NCBI RefSeq assembly: GCF_016026235.1 | Contig: NZ_CP065613.1 | Reading direction: 5' to 3' (one strand) | Length of the DNA stretch: 64,000 nucleotides | Source: Escherichia coli | Lineage (GTDB): Bacteria; Pseudomonadota; Gammaproteobacteria; Enterobacterales; Enterobacteriaceae | Shown: piece by piece, positions 53,893-64,000 of the stretch | How the letters are laid out: every line of letters starts with the position of its first letter | How positions within the stretch are numbered: the first letter of the stretch is position 1 | Notes under the pieces: model-generated | Told to the model about the DNA's origin: nothing | The model's input: the letters and a program-made list of their open reading frames with translations, nothing else | Database searches by the model: none | Position numbers and translations under genes: made by a program

Positions 53893-53930
53893 AAAGTTTT
53901 TAACCTGAGATTGTTAAAGATATATTACAG
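53893..53930 (-). promoter_or_regulatory. candidate Pho boxes (PhoB binding region) in the phoE promoter
   Basis: Minus strand reads CTGTAATATATCTTTAACAATCTCAGGTTAAAAACTTTCC, 60-100 nt upstream of the phoE start. Confidence 0.45.
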
Positions 53931-54118
53931 ATTAATAATATTCTTAAAATGTGGTAATTTATTAAATCTGTAATAAAAGCGTAAACAACTGCCGCTAGGC
54001 TTGCTGATCCCGCGCAACAAAACACCATGCTTTGCTCGCAGATGGTTGGCAACCGACGACAGTCCTGCTAAAACGTTCGTTTGATATCATTTTTCCTAAA
54101 ATTGAATGGCAGAGAATC

Positions 54119-55222
54119 ATGAGTGACAGCCAGACGCTGGTGGTAAAACTCGGCACCAGTGTGCTAACAGGCGGATCGCGCCGTCTGAACCGTGCCCATA
54201 TCGTTGAACTTGTTCGCCAGTGCGCGCAGTTACATGCCGCCGGGCATCGGATTGTTATTGTGACGTCGGGCGCGATCGCCGCCGGACGTGAGCACCTGGG
54301 TTACCCGGAACTGCCAGCGACTATCGCCTCGAAACAACTGCTGGCGGCGGTAGGGCAGAGTCGACTGATTCAACTGTGGGAACAGCTGTTTTCGATTTAT
54401 GGCATTCACGTCGGGCAAATGCTGCTGACTCGTGCTGATATGGAAGACCGTGAACGCTTCCTGAACGCCCGCGACACCCTGCGTGCGTTGCTCGATAACA
54501 ATATCGTTCCGGTAATCAATGAGAACGATGCTGTCGCTACGGCAGAGATTAAGGTCGGCGATAACGATAACCTTTCTGCGCTGGCGGCGATTCTGGCGGG
54601 TGCCGATAAACTGTTGCTGCTGACCGATCAAAAAGGTTTGTATACCGCTGATCCGCGCAGCAATCCGCAGGCAGAACTGATTAAAGATGTTTACGGCATT
54701 GATGACGCACTGCGCGCGATTGCCGGTGACAGCGTTTCAGGCCTCGGAACTGGCGGCATGAGTACCAAATTGCAGGCCGCAGACGTGGCTTGCCGTGCGG
54801 GTATCGACACCATTATTGCCGCGGGCAGCAAGCCGGGCGTCATTGGTGATGTGATGGAAGGCATTTCCGTCGGTACGCTGTTCCATGCCCAGGCGACTCC
54901 GCTTGAAAACCGTAAACGCTGGATTTTCGGTGCGCCGCCTGCGGGTGAAATCACGGTAGATGAAGGGGCAACCGCCGCCATTCTTGAACGCGGCAGCTCC
55001 CTGTTGCCGAAAGGCATTAAAAGCGTGACTGGCAACTTCTCGCGTGGTGAAGTCATCCGCATTTGTAACCTCGAAGGTCGCGATATCGCCCACGGCGTCA
55101 GTCGTTACAACAGCGATGCATTACGCCGTATTGCCGGACACCACTCGCAAGAAATTGATGCAATACTGGGATATGAATACGGCCCGGTTGCCGTTCACCG
55201 TGATGACATGATCACCCGTTAA
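54119..55222 (+). CDS. proB: glutamate 5-kinase
   Basis: Start at [19 protein letters not shown] (ATG 54119); PUA domain at the C-terminus. Confidence 0.95.
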
Positions 55223-55233
55223 GGAGCAGGCTG

Positions 55234-56487
55234 ATGCTGGAACAAATGGGCATTGCCGCGAAGCAAGCCTCGTATAAATTAGCGCAACTCTCCAGCCGCG
55301 AAAAAAATCGCGTGCTGGAAAAAATCGCCGATGAACTGGAAGCACAAAGCGAAATCATCCTCAACGCTAACACCCAGGATGTTGCTGACGCGCGAGCCAA
55401 TGGTCTTAGCGAAGCGATGCTTGACCGTCTGGCACTGACGCCCGCACGGCTGAAAGGCATTGCCGACGATGTACGTCAGGTGTGCAACCTCGCCGATCCA
55501 GTGGGGCAGGTAATCGATGGCGGCGTACTGGACAGCGGCCTGCGTCTTGAGCGTCGTCGCGTACCGCTGGGGGTTATTGGCGTGATTTATGAAGCGCGCC
55601 CGAACGTGACGGTTGATGTCGCTTCGCTGTGCCTGAAAACCGGTAATGCGGTGATCCTGCGTGGTGGCAAAGAAACCTGTCGCACTAACGCGGCAACGGT
55701 GGCGGTGATTCAGGACGCCCTGAAATCCTGTGGCTTACCGGCGGGTGCCGTGCAGGCGATTGATAATCCTGACCGTGCGCTGGTCAGTGAAATGCTGCGT
55801 ATGGATAAATACATCGACATGCTGATCCCGCGCGGCGGGGCTGGTTTGCATAAACTGTGCCGCGAACAGTCGACGATCCCGGTGATCACAGGTGGTATAG
55901 GCGTATGCCATATTTACGTTGATGAAAGTGCAGAGATCGCTGAAGCATTAAAAGTGATCGTCAACGCCAAAACTCAGCGTCCGAGCACATGTAATACGGT
56001 AGAAACGTTGCTGGTGAATAAAAACATCGCCGATAGCTTCCTGCCCGTATTAAGCAAACAAATGGCGGAAAGCGGCGTGACATTACACGCAGATGCAGCT
56101 GCGCTGACACAGTTGCAGGCAGGCCCCGCGAAGGTGGTGGCGGTTAAAGCCGAAGAGTATGACGATGAGTTTCTGTCATTAGATTTGAACGTCAAAATCG
56201 TCAGCGATCTTGACGATGCCATCGCCCATATTCGTGAACACGGCACGCAACACTCCGATGCGATCCTGACCCGCGATATGCGCAACGCCCAGCGTTTTGT
56301 TAACGAAGTGGATTCGTCCGCTGTTTACGTTAACGCCTCTACGCGTTTTACCGACGGCGGCCAGTTTGGACTGGGTGCGGAAGTGGCGGTAAGCACACAA
56401 AAACTGCACGCACGTGGCCCAATGGGGCTGGAAGCACTGACCACTTACAAGTGGATCGGCATTGGTGATTACACCATTCGTGCGTAA
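55234..56487 (+). CDS. proA: gamma-glutamyl phosphate reductase
   Basis: 417-aa aldehyde-dehydrogenase-family ORF directly after proB. Confidence 0.95.
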   Translation: MLEQMGIAAKQASYKLAQLSSREKNRVLEKIADELEAQSEIILNANTQDVADARANGLSEAMLDRLALTPARLKGIADDVRQVCNLADPVGQVIDGGVLDSGLRLERRRVPLGVIGVIYEARPNVTVDVASLCLKTGNAVILRGGKETCRTNAATVAVIQDALKSCGLPAGAVQAIDNPDRALVSEMLRMDKYIDMLIPRGGAGLHKLCREQSTIPVITGGIGVCHIYVDESAEIAEALKVIVNAKTQRPSTCNTVETLLVNKNIADSFLPVLSKQMAESGVTLHADAAALTQLQAGPAKVVAVKAEEYDDEFLSLDLNVKIVSDLDDAIAHIREHGTQHSDAILTRDMRNAQRFVNEVDSSAVYVNASTRFTDGGQFGLGAEVAVSTQKLHARGPMGLEALTTYKWIGIGDYTIRA

Positions 56488-56601
56488 ATAAAACCGGGTG
56501 ATGCAAAAGTAGCCATTTGATTCACAAGGCCATTGACGCATCGCCCGGTTAGTTTTAACCTTGTCCACCGTGATTCACGTTCGTGAACATGTCCTTTCAG
56601 G

Positions 56602-56677
56602 GCCGATATAGCTCAGTTGGTAGAGCAGCGCATTCGTAATGCGAAGGTCGTAGGTTCGACTCCTATTATCGGCACCA
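56602..56677 (+). tRNA. thrW: tRNA-Thr (anticodon CGU)
   Basis: 76-nt sequence GCCGATATAGCTCAGTTGGTAGAGCAGCGCATTCGTAATGCG...GGCACCA with cloverleaf features and anticodon CGT. Confidence 0.95.
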
Positions 56678-56803
56678 TTTAAATCAAGTAGTTACCCCAT
56701 ATTTAAATACACCACGTTTCCTCCTGTGCCGTATTTGTGCCATTGTAACCCTGGCAATTAATCAAAATACTGTTCTGACATCAGGCAATGCAGGTGCAGA
56801 CAT

Positions 56804-57214
56804 TTAAGCCAATTGCTGCCGCCATTCCTTGACGTGGTCAATCAGGGCGCGGAGCTTTGGTGCAATATTGCGACGCTGTGGGAAATACAGATAGAAGCCC
56901 GGAAATTGTGGAAGAAAGTCATCAAGCAGAGATACAAGCCTACCGCTTTCAATATATGGCCTGAAAGTTTCCTGAGTGGCAATTGTTATTCCTCCGCCGG
57001 CAAGAGCCAGCCTCAACATCAGACGCAGATCATTAGTCGTAATCTGTGGTTCAATCGCAAGGTCGAAAGTTCTCCCGTTTTCTTCAAATGGCCAGCGATA
57101 AGGCGCAACCTCCGGGGACTGACGCCAGCCGATACACTTATGGGTATTTCCCCCGGAGGTGAGAAAGCGCTTTCCACGCCCGGCCGCAAGGATCAGGACG
57201 ACGGGGGCAGGCAT
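56804..57214 (-). pseudogene. yagP: LysR-family regulator fragment (C-terminal substrate-binding domain only)
   Basis: 136 codons from MPAPVV...; LysR C-terminal motifs (LRLALAGGGITIATQ...SGRLVSLLDDFLPQFPGFYLYFPQRR); no N-terminal HTH domain. Confidence 0.5.
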
Positions 57215-58150
57215 GAATCCTCCTCCTGATGGAGACGTACAGAGGCGACTTCTGCCAGCACGGAGAGTGCCAGAGTATGCGCATCCCGGGCTTTGGGGAA
57301 TATCCCGACGGGTGCCCGAATTTGCGCTGTCTCCTCCCTGGACCATCCCAGCTCGTGGAGCTTTTGCAGACGTAACGTGTGGGTTCGATAGCTGCCCAAT
57401 GCGCCGAGATAAAAGGGTTTTGCTTCTCGCGCGGCCTGCAACACTGGCAGCTCCCGGTTGAGATCATGGCACAGCAAAATGACCGCCGTATCGGTATCGA
57501 TCTGAGCGCTGGCTGAGGCCGGAAAAAGATCGAAGATATGGCTGTCATAGCCTGTGGCTGCTGCAAGACTCGCGGTTGCCTGCGCCTCAAGAGAACGTCC
57601 GTAAATCATCAGCCTGACGCATGGCCTGAACCCCACCTCAAAGCCATTGAGATTCCAGCCACGTTCGGGTTTGCGTGGGCAGGCACACCAACGATTGTGC
57701 TTGCGGATCGTAGCGCAGCCCCGCCGGTTTTCTCTGTTCCAGGCGGTTCAGCACGGCGAGCAGAGGCTGTGCCGAGCGTAGTTTATGGAGCGTCAGCGTG
57801 ATCCCACCGCCGCAGGGCAGAACGATGTCAAACCACGGCGAACCTTCGCCATAGCGAATTTCGCGATCGCAGCCTGAGCCCATCATCTCCAGCGCTTCAA
57901 AAGCGGCAGCGGCCTCCACGCAGCCGCCAGAGACAAAACCGCAGTAACGACCATCTTCGCGCACCACCATCTGCGCCCCGAGCGGGCGCGCCGCGCCGCC
58001 GCGTATCTCCACCAGCGTCACCAGCACCGCTCCTTTACCGGACATTAGCGCCTCTACGGCGAAGCGCAGAATGGTCCGGTGGTCATCGGTGAGAAACGCC
58101 TGCTCTGGCTTATGCCAGTGTTCGTCTTTATCAAAAAGCGGGTATGACAT
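57193..58150 (-). pseudogene. paoD: XdhC-family molybdenum cofactor insertion chaperone, apparently frameshifted
   Basis: N-domain ORF (57638-58150) and C-domain ORF (57193-57636) are adjacent in different frames; together they make one XdhC/CoxI-like protein. Confidence 0.6.
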
Positions 58151-58159
58151 TGTTCCTCC

Positions 58160-60358
58160 TTAAACCACATCCGGCAGCTTATCGAGCAGCTTATCCAGAG
58201 TGATGGGATAATCGCGTACCCGAATACCGGTGGCGTTATACACCGCGTTGGCGATAGCAGCGCTCACGCCGCACAGGCCCAGCTCACCGACACCTTTGGC
58301 CTTCATCGGGGAGGATATGGGGTCGGTATCATCCAGGAAAATCACCTCCTGTTTTGGGATATCCGCATGGACCGGCACCTCATACCCCGCCATATCGTGA
58401 TTAACGAAGTAGCCCAAACGGTCATCCACCGCCAGCTCCTCCATCAGTGCCGCGCCCATGCCCATAGTCATTGCGCCAATGACCTGGCTGCGTGCAGTTT
58501 TCGGATTCAGGATGCGTCCTGCAGCACACACAGCGAGCATATGCCGGACCCGAACTTCTCCCGTCGCGCTATGCACGCCGACCTCCACAAAATGCCCGGC
58601 AAAGGTCGACTGCTGGTACTCCTTGCTCAGTGTTCCGAATTCAATGCTCTCTTCCGCTGTCAGTCTGCCGCCTGCGGTGGCCTCATGTAGCGTGGCGCTT
58701 CGGGTACCGTTGGTAATCTTGCCGTCGGCAAACTGCGACTGCTCAGGATCAAACCCGACTGCCGAGGCAATCATTTCGCGAAGCTTCACACAGGCGGCGT
58801 AAACGCCGGAGGTGGAGGTATTCGCGCCCCATTGTCCGCCAGAACCCGCAGAAACCGGGAAACTGGAGTCGCCAAGGTGAACCGCAACCTGCTCCAGCGG
58901 TACGCCAAGCATTTCCGCCGCCGTCTGGGCCAGAATGGTGTAGCTGCCGGTGCCAATGTCGGTCATGTCCGTTTCCACGGTAACGGTGCCGTTTTGTTCG
59001 AGGTGAACCCGAGCCCCCGATTTTTCCAGCAGATTATTGCGAAAGCCCGCCGCGACGCCGTGGCCGACTAGCCACTCTCCGTCGCGTACCTGTCCGGGTG
59101 TGGCGTTGCGCTGCTTCCAGCCAAATTTATCCGCTCCGGTGCGCAAGCACTCGATAAGCTGACGGCGAGAGAAGCGGCGCGTCGGGTCGGCGGGGTCAAC
59201 CTGAGTGTCATTCAGGATGCGAAACTCGACGGGATCGATGCCCGCTTTTTCCGCCAGTTCGTCGATCGCGATTTCGAGCGCCATCAGACCGGGGGCTTCG
59301 CCGGGCGCACGCATGGCGTTCCCTTCCGGCAAATCAAGCGTGGCGAGCCGCAGGCCGGTATGACGGTTTGCCCCGGCGTAGAGTAATTCGCTTTGCTGTA
59401 CCGCCGTTTCCGGCGTGCCGCCGAGCAGGTTTCCGGACCAGCTTTCATGTGAGATAGCTGTGATTTTCCCGCTCTGGTCGGCACCGATACGCAGGTGCTG
59501 AAGGGTGGCGGGGCGGTGCGTGGTGTTATTGGGAATAGTGGGGCGGGGGAGCATCACTTTAACCGGACGTTTCACCGCTCGGGCGGCGAGGGCCGCCAGC
59601 AGCGCATCGCTTCTCAGGAACAGCTTGCCGCCAAACCCTCCGCCGATATACGGGGAGATAATACGCACATTCTCCACGGGCACTTTCAGCGTTTTTGCCA
59701 GATCGGTGCGGCACCAGTCAATCATCTGATTTGAGGTCCAGAGAGTAAGCTTATTTCCATCCCAGACGGCCATCGAGGCATGCGGCTCCATCGCCATATG
59801 GCTCTGGTCCGGGGTCGTGTAGGTAGCATCAATCTTCACCGCAGCGGAGGAGAAAGCCCCGTCAAAGTCACCGACGTTTTTGTCGGGCGTGCCTTCCGGC
59901 GGCTGATTGACGGCCTGTTTTTCGTCCGCCAGGGAGTAAGCTCCTTTATTACGGCGATAGTGCGCCTGCACCAGCGAGGCCGCCGCTCGCGCCTGTTCGA
60001 AGGTCTCGGCCACTACCAGCGCAATGGCCTGATGATAGTGCTCAATAGTGGGGCCGCCTAACAGCCTGGCGGTGTTTTTGTCGCCTTTGCCGAGTGCCCC
60101 GGCGTTACTGGCGGTAATGACAGCCAGTACGCCCGGCGCTTTTTGCGCGGCGTCCGTATCAAGGGCGGTGAGGCGTCCTTTGGCAATGGCGGAACCGACG
60201 ATATAGCCATAGGCGGCGTTGGGGGATTCTTCATGCCATTCGTAGGCGTAGCGTGCCGTGCCGGTAGTTTTCAGCGGTCCGTCGATGCGGTCATAGGGAC
60301 GACCGACAACCTTCAGCTGATCGATCGGGTTTTCCCCTGCGGGTTTATCAAATTTCAT
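58160..60358 (-). CDS. paoC: aldehyde oxidoreductase molybdopterin-binding subunit
   Basis: 732-aa xanthine dehydrogenase-family large subunit. Confidence 0.9.
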   Translation of the reverse strand: MKFDKPAGENPIDQLKVVGRPYDRIDGPLKTTGTARYAYEWHEESPNAAYGYIVGSAIAKGRLTALDTDAAQKAPGVLAVITASNAGALGKGDKNTARLLGGPTIEHYHQAIALVVAETFEQARAAASLVQAHYRRNKGAYSLADEKQAVNQPPEGTPDKNVGDFDGAFSSAAVKIDATYTTPDQSHMAMEPHASMAVWDGNKLTLWTSNQMIDWCRTDLAKTLKVPVENVRIISPYIGGGFGGKLFLRSDALLAALAARAVKRPVKVMLPRPTIPNNTTHRPATLQHLRIGADQSGKITAISHESWSGNLLGGTPETAVQQSELLYAGANRHTGLRLATLDLPEGNAMRAPGEAPGLMALEIAIDELAEKAGIDPVEFRILNDTQVDPADPTRRFSRRQLIECLRTGADKFGWKQRNATPGQVRDGEWLVGHGVAAGFRNNLLEKSGARVHLEQNGTVTVETDMTDIGTGSYTILAQTAAEMLGVPLEQVAVHLGDSSFPVSAGSGGQWGANTSTSGVYAACVKLREMIASAVGFDPEQSQFADGKITNGTRSATLHEATAGGRLTAEESIEFGTLSKEYQQSTFAGHFVEVGVHSATGEVRVRHMLAVCAAGRILNPKTARSQVIGAMTMGMGAALMEELAVDDRLGYFVNHDMAGYEVPVHADIPKQEVIFLDDTDPISSPMKAKGVGELGLCGVSAAIANAVYNATGIRVRDYPITLDKLLDKLPDVV

Positions 60359-61311
60359 GCTTGTGCCCTCGCTTCAGCCAGTACGGAGGCAAGCGTTCGC
60401 TTCGCCAACAGGAGTTTAAAGGTGTTTTCAGCGGTGGGATGGGCGCTGGCGAACAGCGCGTCATATACGGCCTGCGCCCCCTGGGATAGCTGAGCATCCG
60501 CAGCCTCAATGCGCCAGGGCTTATGTGCTACTCCGCCCAGCGCGACGCGCCCGCTGCCGTCAGGCTGAATAATCGCCGCGACCGATACCAGGGCAAAGGC
60601 GTAGGAGGCGCGATCGCGCACCTTACGGTAGATATGTTTTCCGCCGAGCGGCGGAGGTAACGTCACCGCAACGATAAGCTCACCGGGAAGCAGGGCGGTT
60701 TCAATGTGCGGCGTTTTCCCCGGTGGGTGATAAAAATCAGCCAGTGTGATACTGCGAGTCTTTCCCTCCGGCGTGATGGTTTCCACCACCGCATCCAGCA
60801 ACCGCATTGCGACCGCCATATCGCTCGGATGGGTGGCAATGCAGGCTTCGCTTACGCCTACCACCGCGTGCTGACGGCTAAAGCCTTCAAGCGCCGCGCA
60901 GCCGCTCCCGGGCAGGCGCTTATTGCAGGGCTGATTGGTGTCGTAAAAATAGGGGCAGCGCGTGCGCTGGAGCAGATTACCTGCGGTGGTTGCCTGATTA
61001 CGTAACTGACCAGACGCGCCAGCGAGCAGGGCGCGGGAGAGTACCGCGTAATCACGACGCACGCGCTCGTGAGCCGCCAGGTCGGTGTTCCGTACCAGTG
61101 CGCCGATGCGCAGCCCACCCGCGTCGGTCACTTCAATCTTATCGAGCCCGAGGCCGTTCACATCGATAAGGTGGGTGGGCGTTTCAATTTCCAGCTTCAT
61201 CAGGTCCAGCAGATTGGTCCCGCCCGCGATAAATTTTGCGCCGGGTACGCGCTGAGCGCTAAGTGCCGCCTCGGCCGGGGTGTTCACTCGTTCATAGGTA
61301 AACGCCTTCAT
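60355..61311 (-). CDS. paoB: aldehyde oxidoreductase FAD-binding subunit
   Basis: 318-aa CO dehydrogenase flavoprotein-like ORF. Confidence 0.9.
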   Translation of the reverse strand: MKAFTYERVNTPAEAALSAQRVPGAKFIAGGTNLLDLMKLEIETPTHLIDVNGLGLDKIEVTDAGGLRIGALVRNTDLAAHERVRRDYAVLSRALLAGASGQLRNQATTAGNLLQRTRCPYFYDTNQPCNKRLPGSGCAALEGFSRQHAVVGVSEACIATHPSDMAVAMRLLDAVVETITPEGKTRSITLADFYHPPGKTPHIETALLPGELIVAVTLPPPLGGKHIYRKVRDRASYAFALVSVAAIIQPDGSGRVALGGVAHKPWRIEAADAQLSQGAQAVYDALFASAHPTAENTFKLLLAKRTLASVLAEARAQA

Positions 61312-61997
61312 GATTTTATCTCCCCCGCAGCGTCTTCAATGGCGGCAAGGATGTTAGCGTATGCACCACAGCGACAGATGTTGCCGCTCATACGTTCACG
61401 GATCTCATCGGCAGTTCTTTCTGGAGGGGAAACCAAATCGACCGTGACGTGACTGGGAATGCCGTCCTGAATCTCTTTTAGCACCGCTACTGATGAGCAA
61501 ATTTGCCCGGAGGTGCAGTAGCCGCACTGGAAGCCATCATGCTTGATAAAGGCCGCCTGCATGGGGTGAAGATTATCTGGTGAACCCAGGCCTTCAATGG
61601 TGGTGATCTCGGCCCCCTGATGCATGACTGCCAGCGTCAGGCAGGCATTAAGCCTGCGACCATTGACCAGCACGGTACAGGCTCCGCACTGTCCGTGATC
61701 GCAACCTTTCTTGGTACCGATCAAATGCAGATTTTCACGCAAAGCGTCCAGTAGCGTGGTTCGGGTATCCACCTCAAGCTGCTCGGTTTTGCCGTTCACC
61801 TTAAGTGTCAGGGGCATTATCTCTGGCGCGGGTGTAGCTGCCGGAACGCTTGCCGCAAGCGTAGAATGAGGATAAACCACGGCGGTCGCCGCCGTTGCGG
61901 CGCTCACTTTAATCAGATCGCGACGGGTCAAACTTAAATCGTGCGGCTCGTGCTTCCCAACCCGATTATCTTCGGGGTATTCGCCTTGGTTGCTCAT
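61308..61997 (-). CDS. paoA: aldehyde oxidoreductase 2Fe-2S subunit with Tat signal peptide
   Basis: Twin-arginine motif [16 protein letters not shown]; two [2Fe-2S] Cys clusters ([18 protein letters not shown]). Confidence 0.9.
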   Translation of the reverse strand: MSNQGEYPEDNRVGKHEPHDLSLTRRDLIKVSAATAATAVVYPHSTLAASVPAATPAPEIMPLTLKVNGKTEQLEVDTRTTLLDALRENLHLIGTKKGCDHGQCGACTVLVNGRRLNACLTLAVMHQGAEITTIEGLGSPDNLHPMQAAFIKHDGFQCGYCTSGQICSSVAVLKEIQDGIPSHVTVDLVSPPERTADEIRERMSGNICRCGAYANILAAIEDAAGEIKS

Positions 61998-62414
61998 ACC
62001 AGGCCTCCGGTATTCTAAAGGGGAAAATAAGAGTGCGTTGCGAGAGTGCTGATGCTTTTTTAAACGTTAAGCATAGTCGGCGACAGCAGGAGGATTATTC
62101 TTAAAACGCGAATGCAGCTATGAGTCCGGCTGATAAATTCATGTTCGCCGGGATGTTGATGATGATGGGAGCTGGTTTATTGCTTGAGTTGTACGATGCA
62201 AAAACCGATAAGGAAACCTGTGATTGTCAGCTCTGCATCACCCTGCAAATCTATGTCACTTCTAATATAAAAATAGGGAGAAATGATGGTGCTTATATTC
62301 TTTGGCGATTAGACAACCATTTTGTTATACAAAACAATACAGTTCTTTACATTTACCTTGTTTTATGAATACTCCTAAAGAGGTGTATAACATAATGGTA
62401 CAAGCAGGGTAGAT

Positions 62415-63029
62415 ATGAATATATTTGAACAAACTCCACCGAACCGCAGACGTTATGGTCTTGCTGCATTCATTGGGCTGATTGCTGGCGTTGTTTCCGC
62501 ATTTGTGAAGTGGGGGGCTGAAGTTCCATTGCCGCCACGTAGCCCGGTGGATATGTTTAATGCAGCGTGTGGCCCGGAATCATTAATCAGGGCTGCTGGG
62601 CAAATTGATTGCTCGCGTAATTTTCTCAATCCTCCGTATATTTTTCTTCGAGACTGGCTGGGGCTGACAGATCCCAATGCGGCTGTTTATACCTTTGCCG
62701 GGCATGTCTTTAACTGGGTTGGTGTTACGCACATTATCTTTTCGATAGTGTTTGCTGTCGGTTATTGTGTGGTCGCTGAAGTATTTCCAAAAATTAAACT
62801 CTGGCAGGGCTTACTGGCAGGTGCTTTAGCCCAACTTTTTGTTCATATGATTTCATTCCCTCTCATGGGACTGACACCACCTCTGTTTGATCTCCCGTGG
62901 TATGAGAATGTTTCTGAAATTTTTGGACATTTAGTCTGGTTCTGGTCCATTGAAATTATTCGCAGAGATTTACGAAACAGAATTACTCATGAGCCAGACC
63001 CTGAGATCCCTTTAGGCTCAAACAGATAA
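62415..63029 (+). CDS. yagU: inner membrane protein YagU (DUF1440)
   Basis: 204-aa multi-[39 protein letters not shown]... Confidence 0.8.
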
Positions 63030-63043
63030 TGCATTGAATGATA

Positions 63044-63073
63044 AAAATGGCGCAAATACAGCGCCATTTTTAT
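63044..63073 (+). terminator. rho-independent terminator after yagU
   Basis: Hairpin aatggcgc-aaataca-gcgccatt followed by tttat. Confidence 0.55.
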
Positions 63074-63219
63074 AGGTTAAAAACATTGCTTTTTATATTC
63101 TGATTCAGATAGTCAGTGAGTATATCGCGCTACTTCAGGATGATGTAGATCCGAAGAACGCTACAGAAGAGAGGCATTGTTGCTGGCAAATAGAAGAAGT
63201 ATCGGGTTTTGTTGCCCCT

Positions 63220-63252
63220 AAAAACGAAGCCCCGCTATTACAGTAGGCGGGG
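63220..63252 (-). terminator. rho-independent terminator after ykgJ
   Basis: Minus strand: stem gccccgcc / ggcggggc followed by TTCGTTTTT. Confidence 0.55.
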
Positions 63253-63275
63253 CAGTGCAATTAATTATTGTATGT

Positions 63276-63605
63276 TTATAACGGTGTCAGCCCGTATTTA
63301 GCCCTTGCACGATTGCAAGCCTCATTGACGACTCCGTTCTCACCAGACATGGCGAATTCTCTGCATGTGGACGATCGATTTTTATATATCGTGCAGCAGG
63401 CATTTTTGCCCGGGGTTCCTGCAAGGGCAATACATCGGGGGTTTTTCTGATTGGTACCGCTCATGCATCGGTGAAAAGGGGATATTTGTTCAGTGAGCCT
63501 GGCGGGAATAGTGCCGCCAGCATCGTCGGCTTCGGCCCAGTAGAAAGAGACGCGGAAAAATGCACAACAGGCACCACACGTCATGCATGGATTCAGATTG
63601 CTCAT
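63276..63605 (-). CDS. ykgJ: YkgJ-family Cys-rich putative metal-binding protein
   Basis: 109-aa ORF with CxxCxxCC cluster ([17 protein letters not shown]). Confidence 0.8.
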
Positions 63606-64000
63606 AATTCACCAGTACAGCTATAAATCGTAAAGAGAACAGCGGTACATCGTATGTAAGAACGTACCGCGGTTGGCTGGGGAACTTTCGATAGTGTGAG
63701 TATTGAATGATTTCCAGCCGTTACCGATTTTACGTACTAATTCGTGATTAAACCACTCGTTAGCAGGCTGCCTGATACCTTTCCGTGTCTCCTGAACACT
63801 ATGGTGTGCATATGAGAAAGCCCATCGTTACAGGTGATATTGACGATCGCTTCCACATCATTTAAACGATTTTTGGGGCTCTGAAGTGGAATTCTTCCCT
63901 CGACCGATGGATAAGTCTTAGTCCGCCGAAGGGGGCTTAGCCGGACAGGAATCGCTAATCTTAATGAATTTGTCGTTATAGACCAGATAATGATTCCCCG

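Noticed and set aside
56678-56803. Prophage or integrase remnant downstream of thrW
   Set aside because: No integrase-like ORF and no direct repeat of the tRNA 3' end detected within the 125-bp gap; the site looks unoccupied.
62120-62368. 82-aa ORF in the paoA-yagU intergenic region
   Set aside because: AT-rich promoter region with no ribosome-binding site and no recognisable protein features; likely a chance frame.

Overview
Escherichia coli chromosomal segment with conserved housekeeping flanks (fadE, gmhA, yafJ, yafK, dinJ-yafQ, yafL, rayT on the left; dinB, yafP, ykfJ/prfH remnants, pepD, gpt, frsA, crl, phoE, proBA, thrW, yagP, paoDCBA, yagU, ykgJ on the right). Between rayT and dinB sits a ~39.5 kb Flag-2 lateral flagellar locus (about 6.8-46.3 kb), which K-12 retains only as end remnants. 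It is almost complete: export apparatus (lfhAB, lfiRQPNM), a receiver-less sigma-54 activator (lafK), basal body/switch/ATPase (lfiE-J), rod/ring/hook-associated genes (lfgNMA, lfgBCD, lfgFGHIJKL), lafW, lafZ, flagellin lafA, cap and chaperones (lafB-F), sigma-28 lafS and stator lafTU. The most interesting content is accessory material embedded in it: (1) a putative flagellin-modification island pairing a TagD-like glycerol-3-phosphate cytidylyltransferase with a split GT2/GT25/TagF-like transferase and a FliB-like methylase gene, the last interrupted by an IS10-like element; (2) a ~1.4 kb AT-rich insertion carrying two overlapping ORFs of unknown function; (3) no hook gene (lfgE) between lfgD and lfgF. 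REP/BIME repeats fill most intergenic gaps. The thrW tRNA site is unoccupied by any prophage. paoD appears frameshifted. All calls are from reading the sequence and ORF translations; no database search was run.
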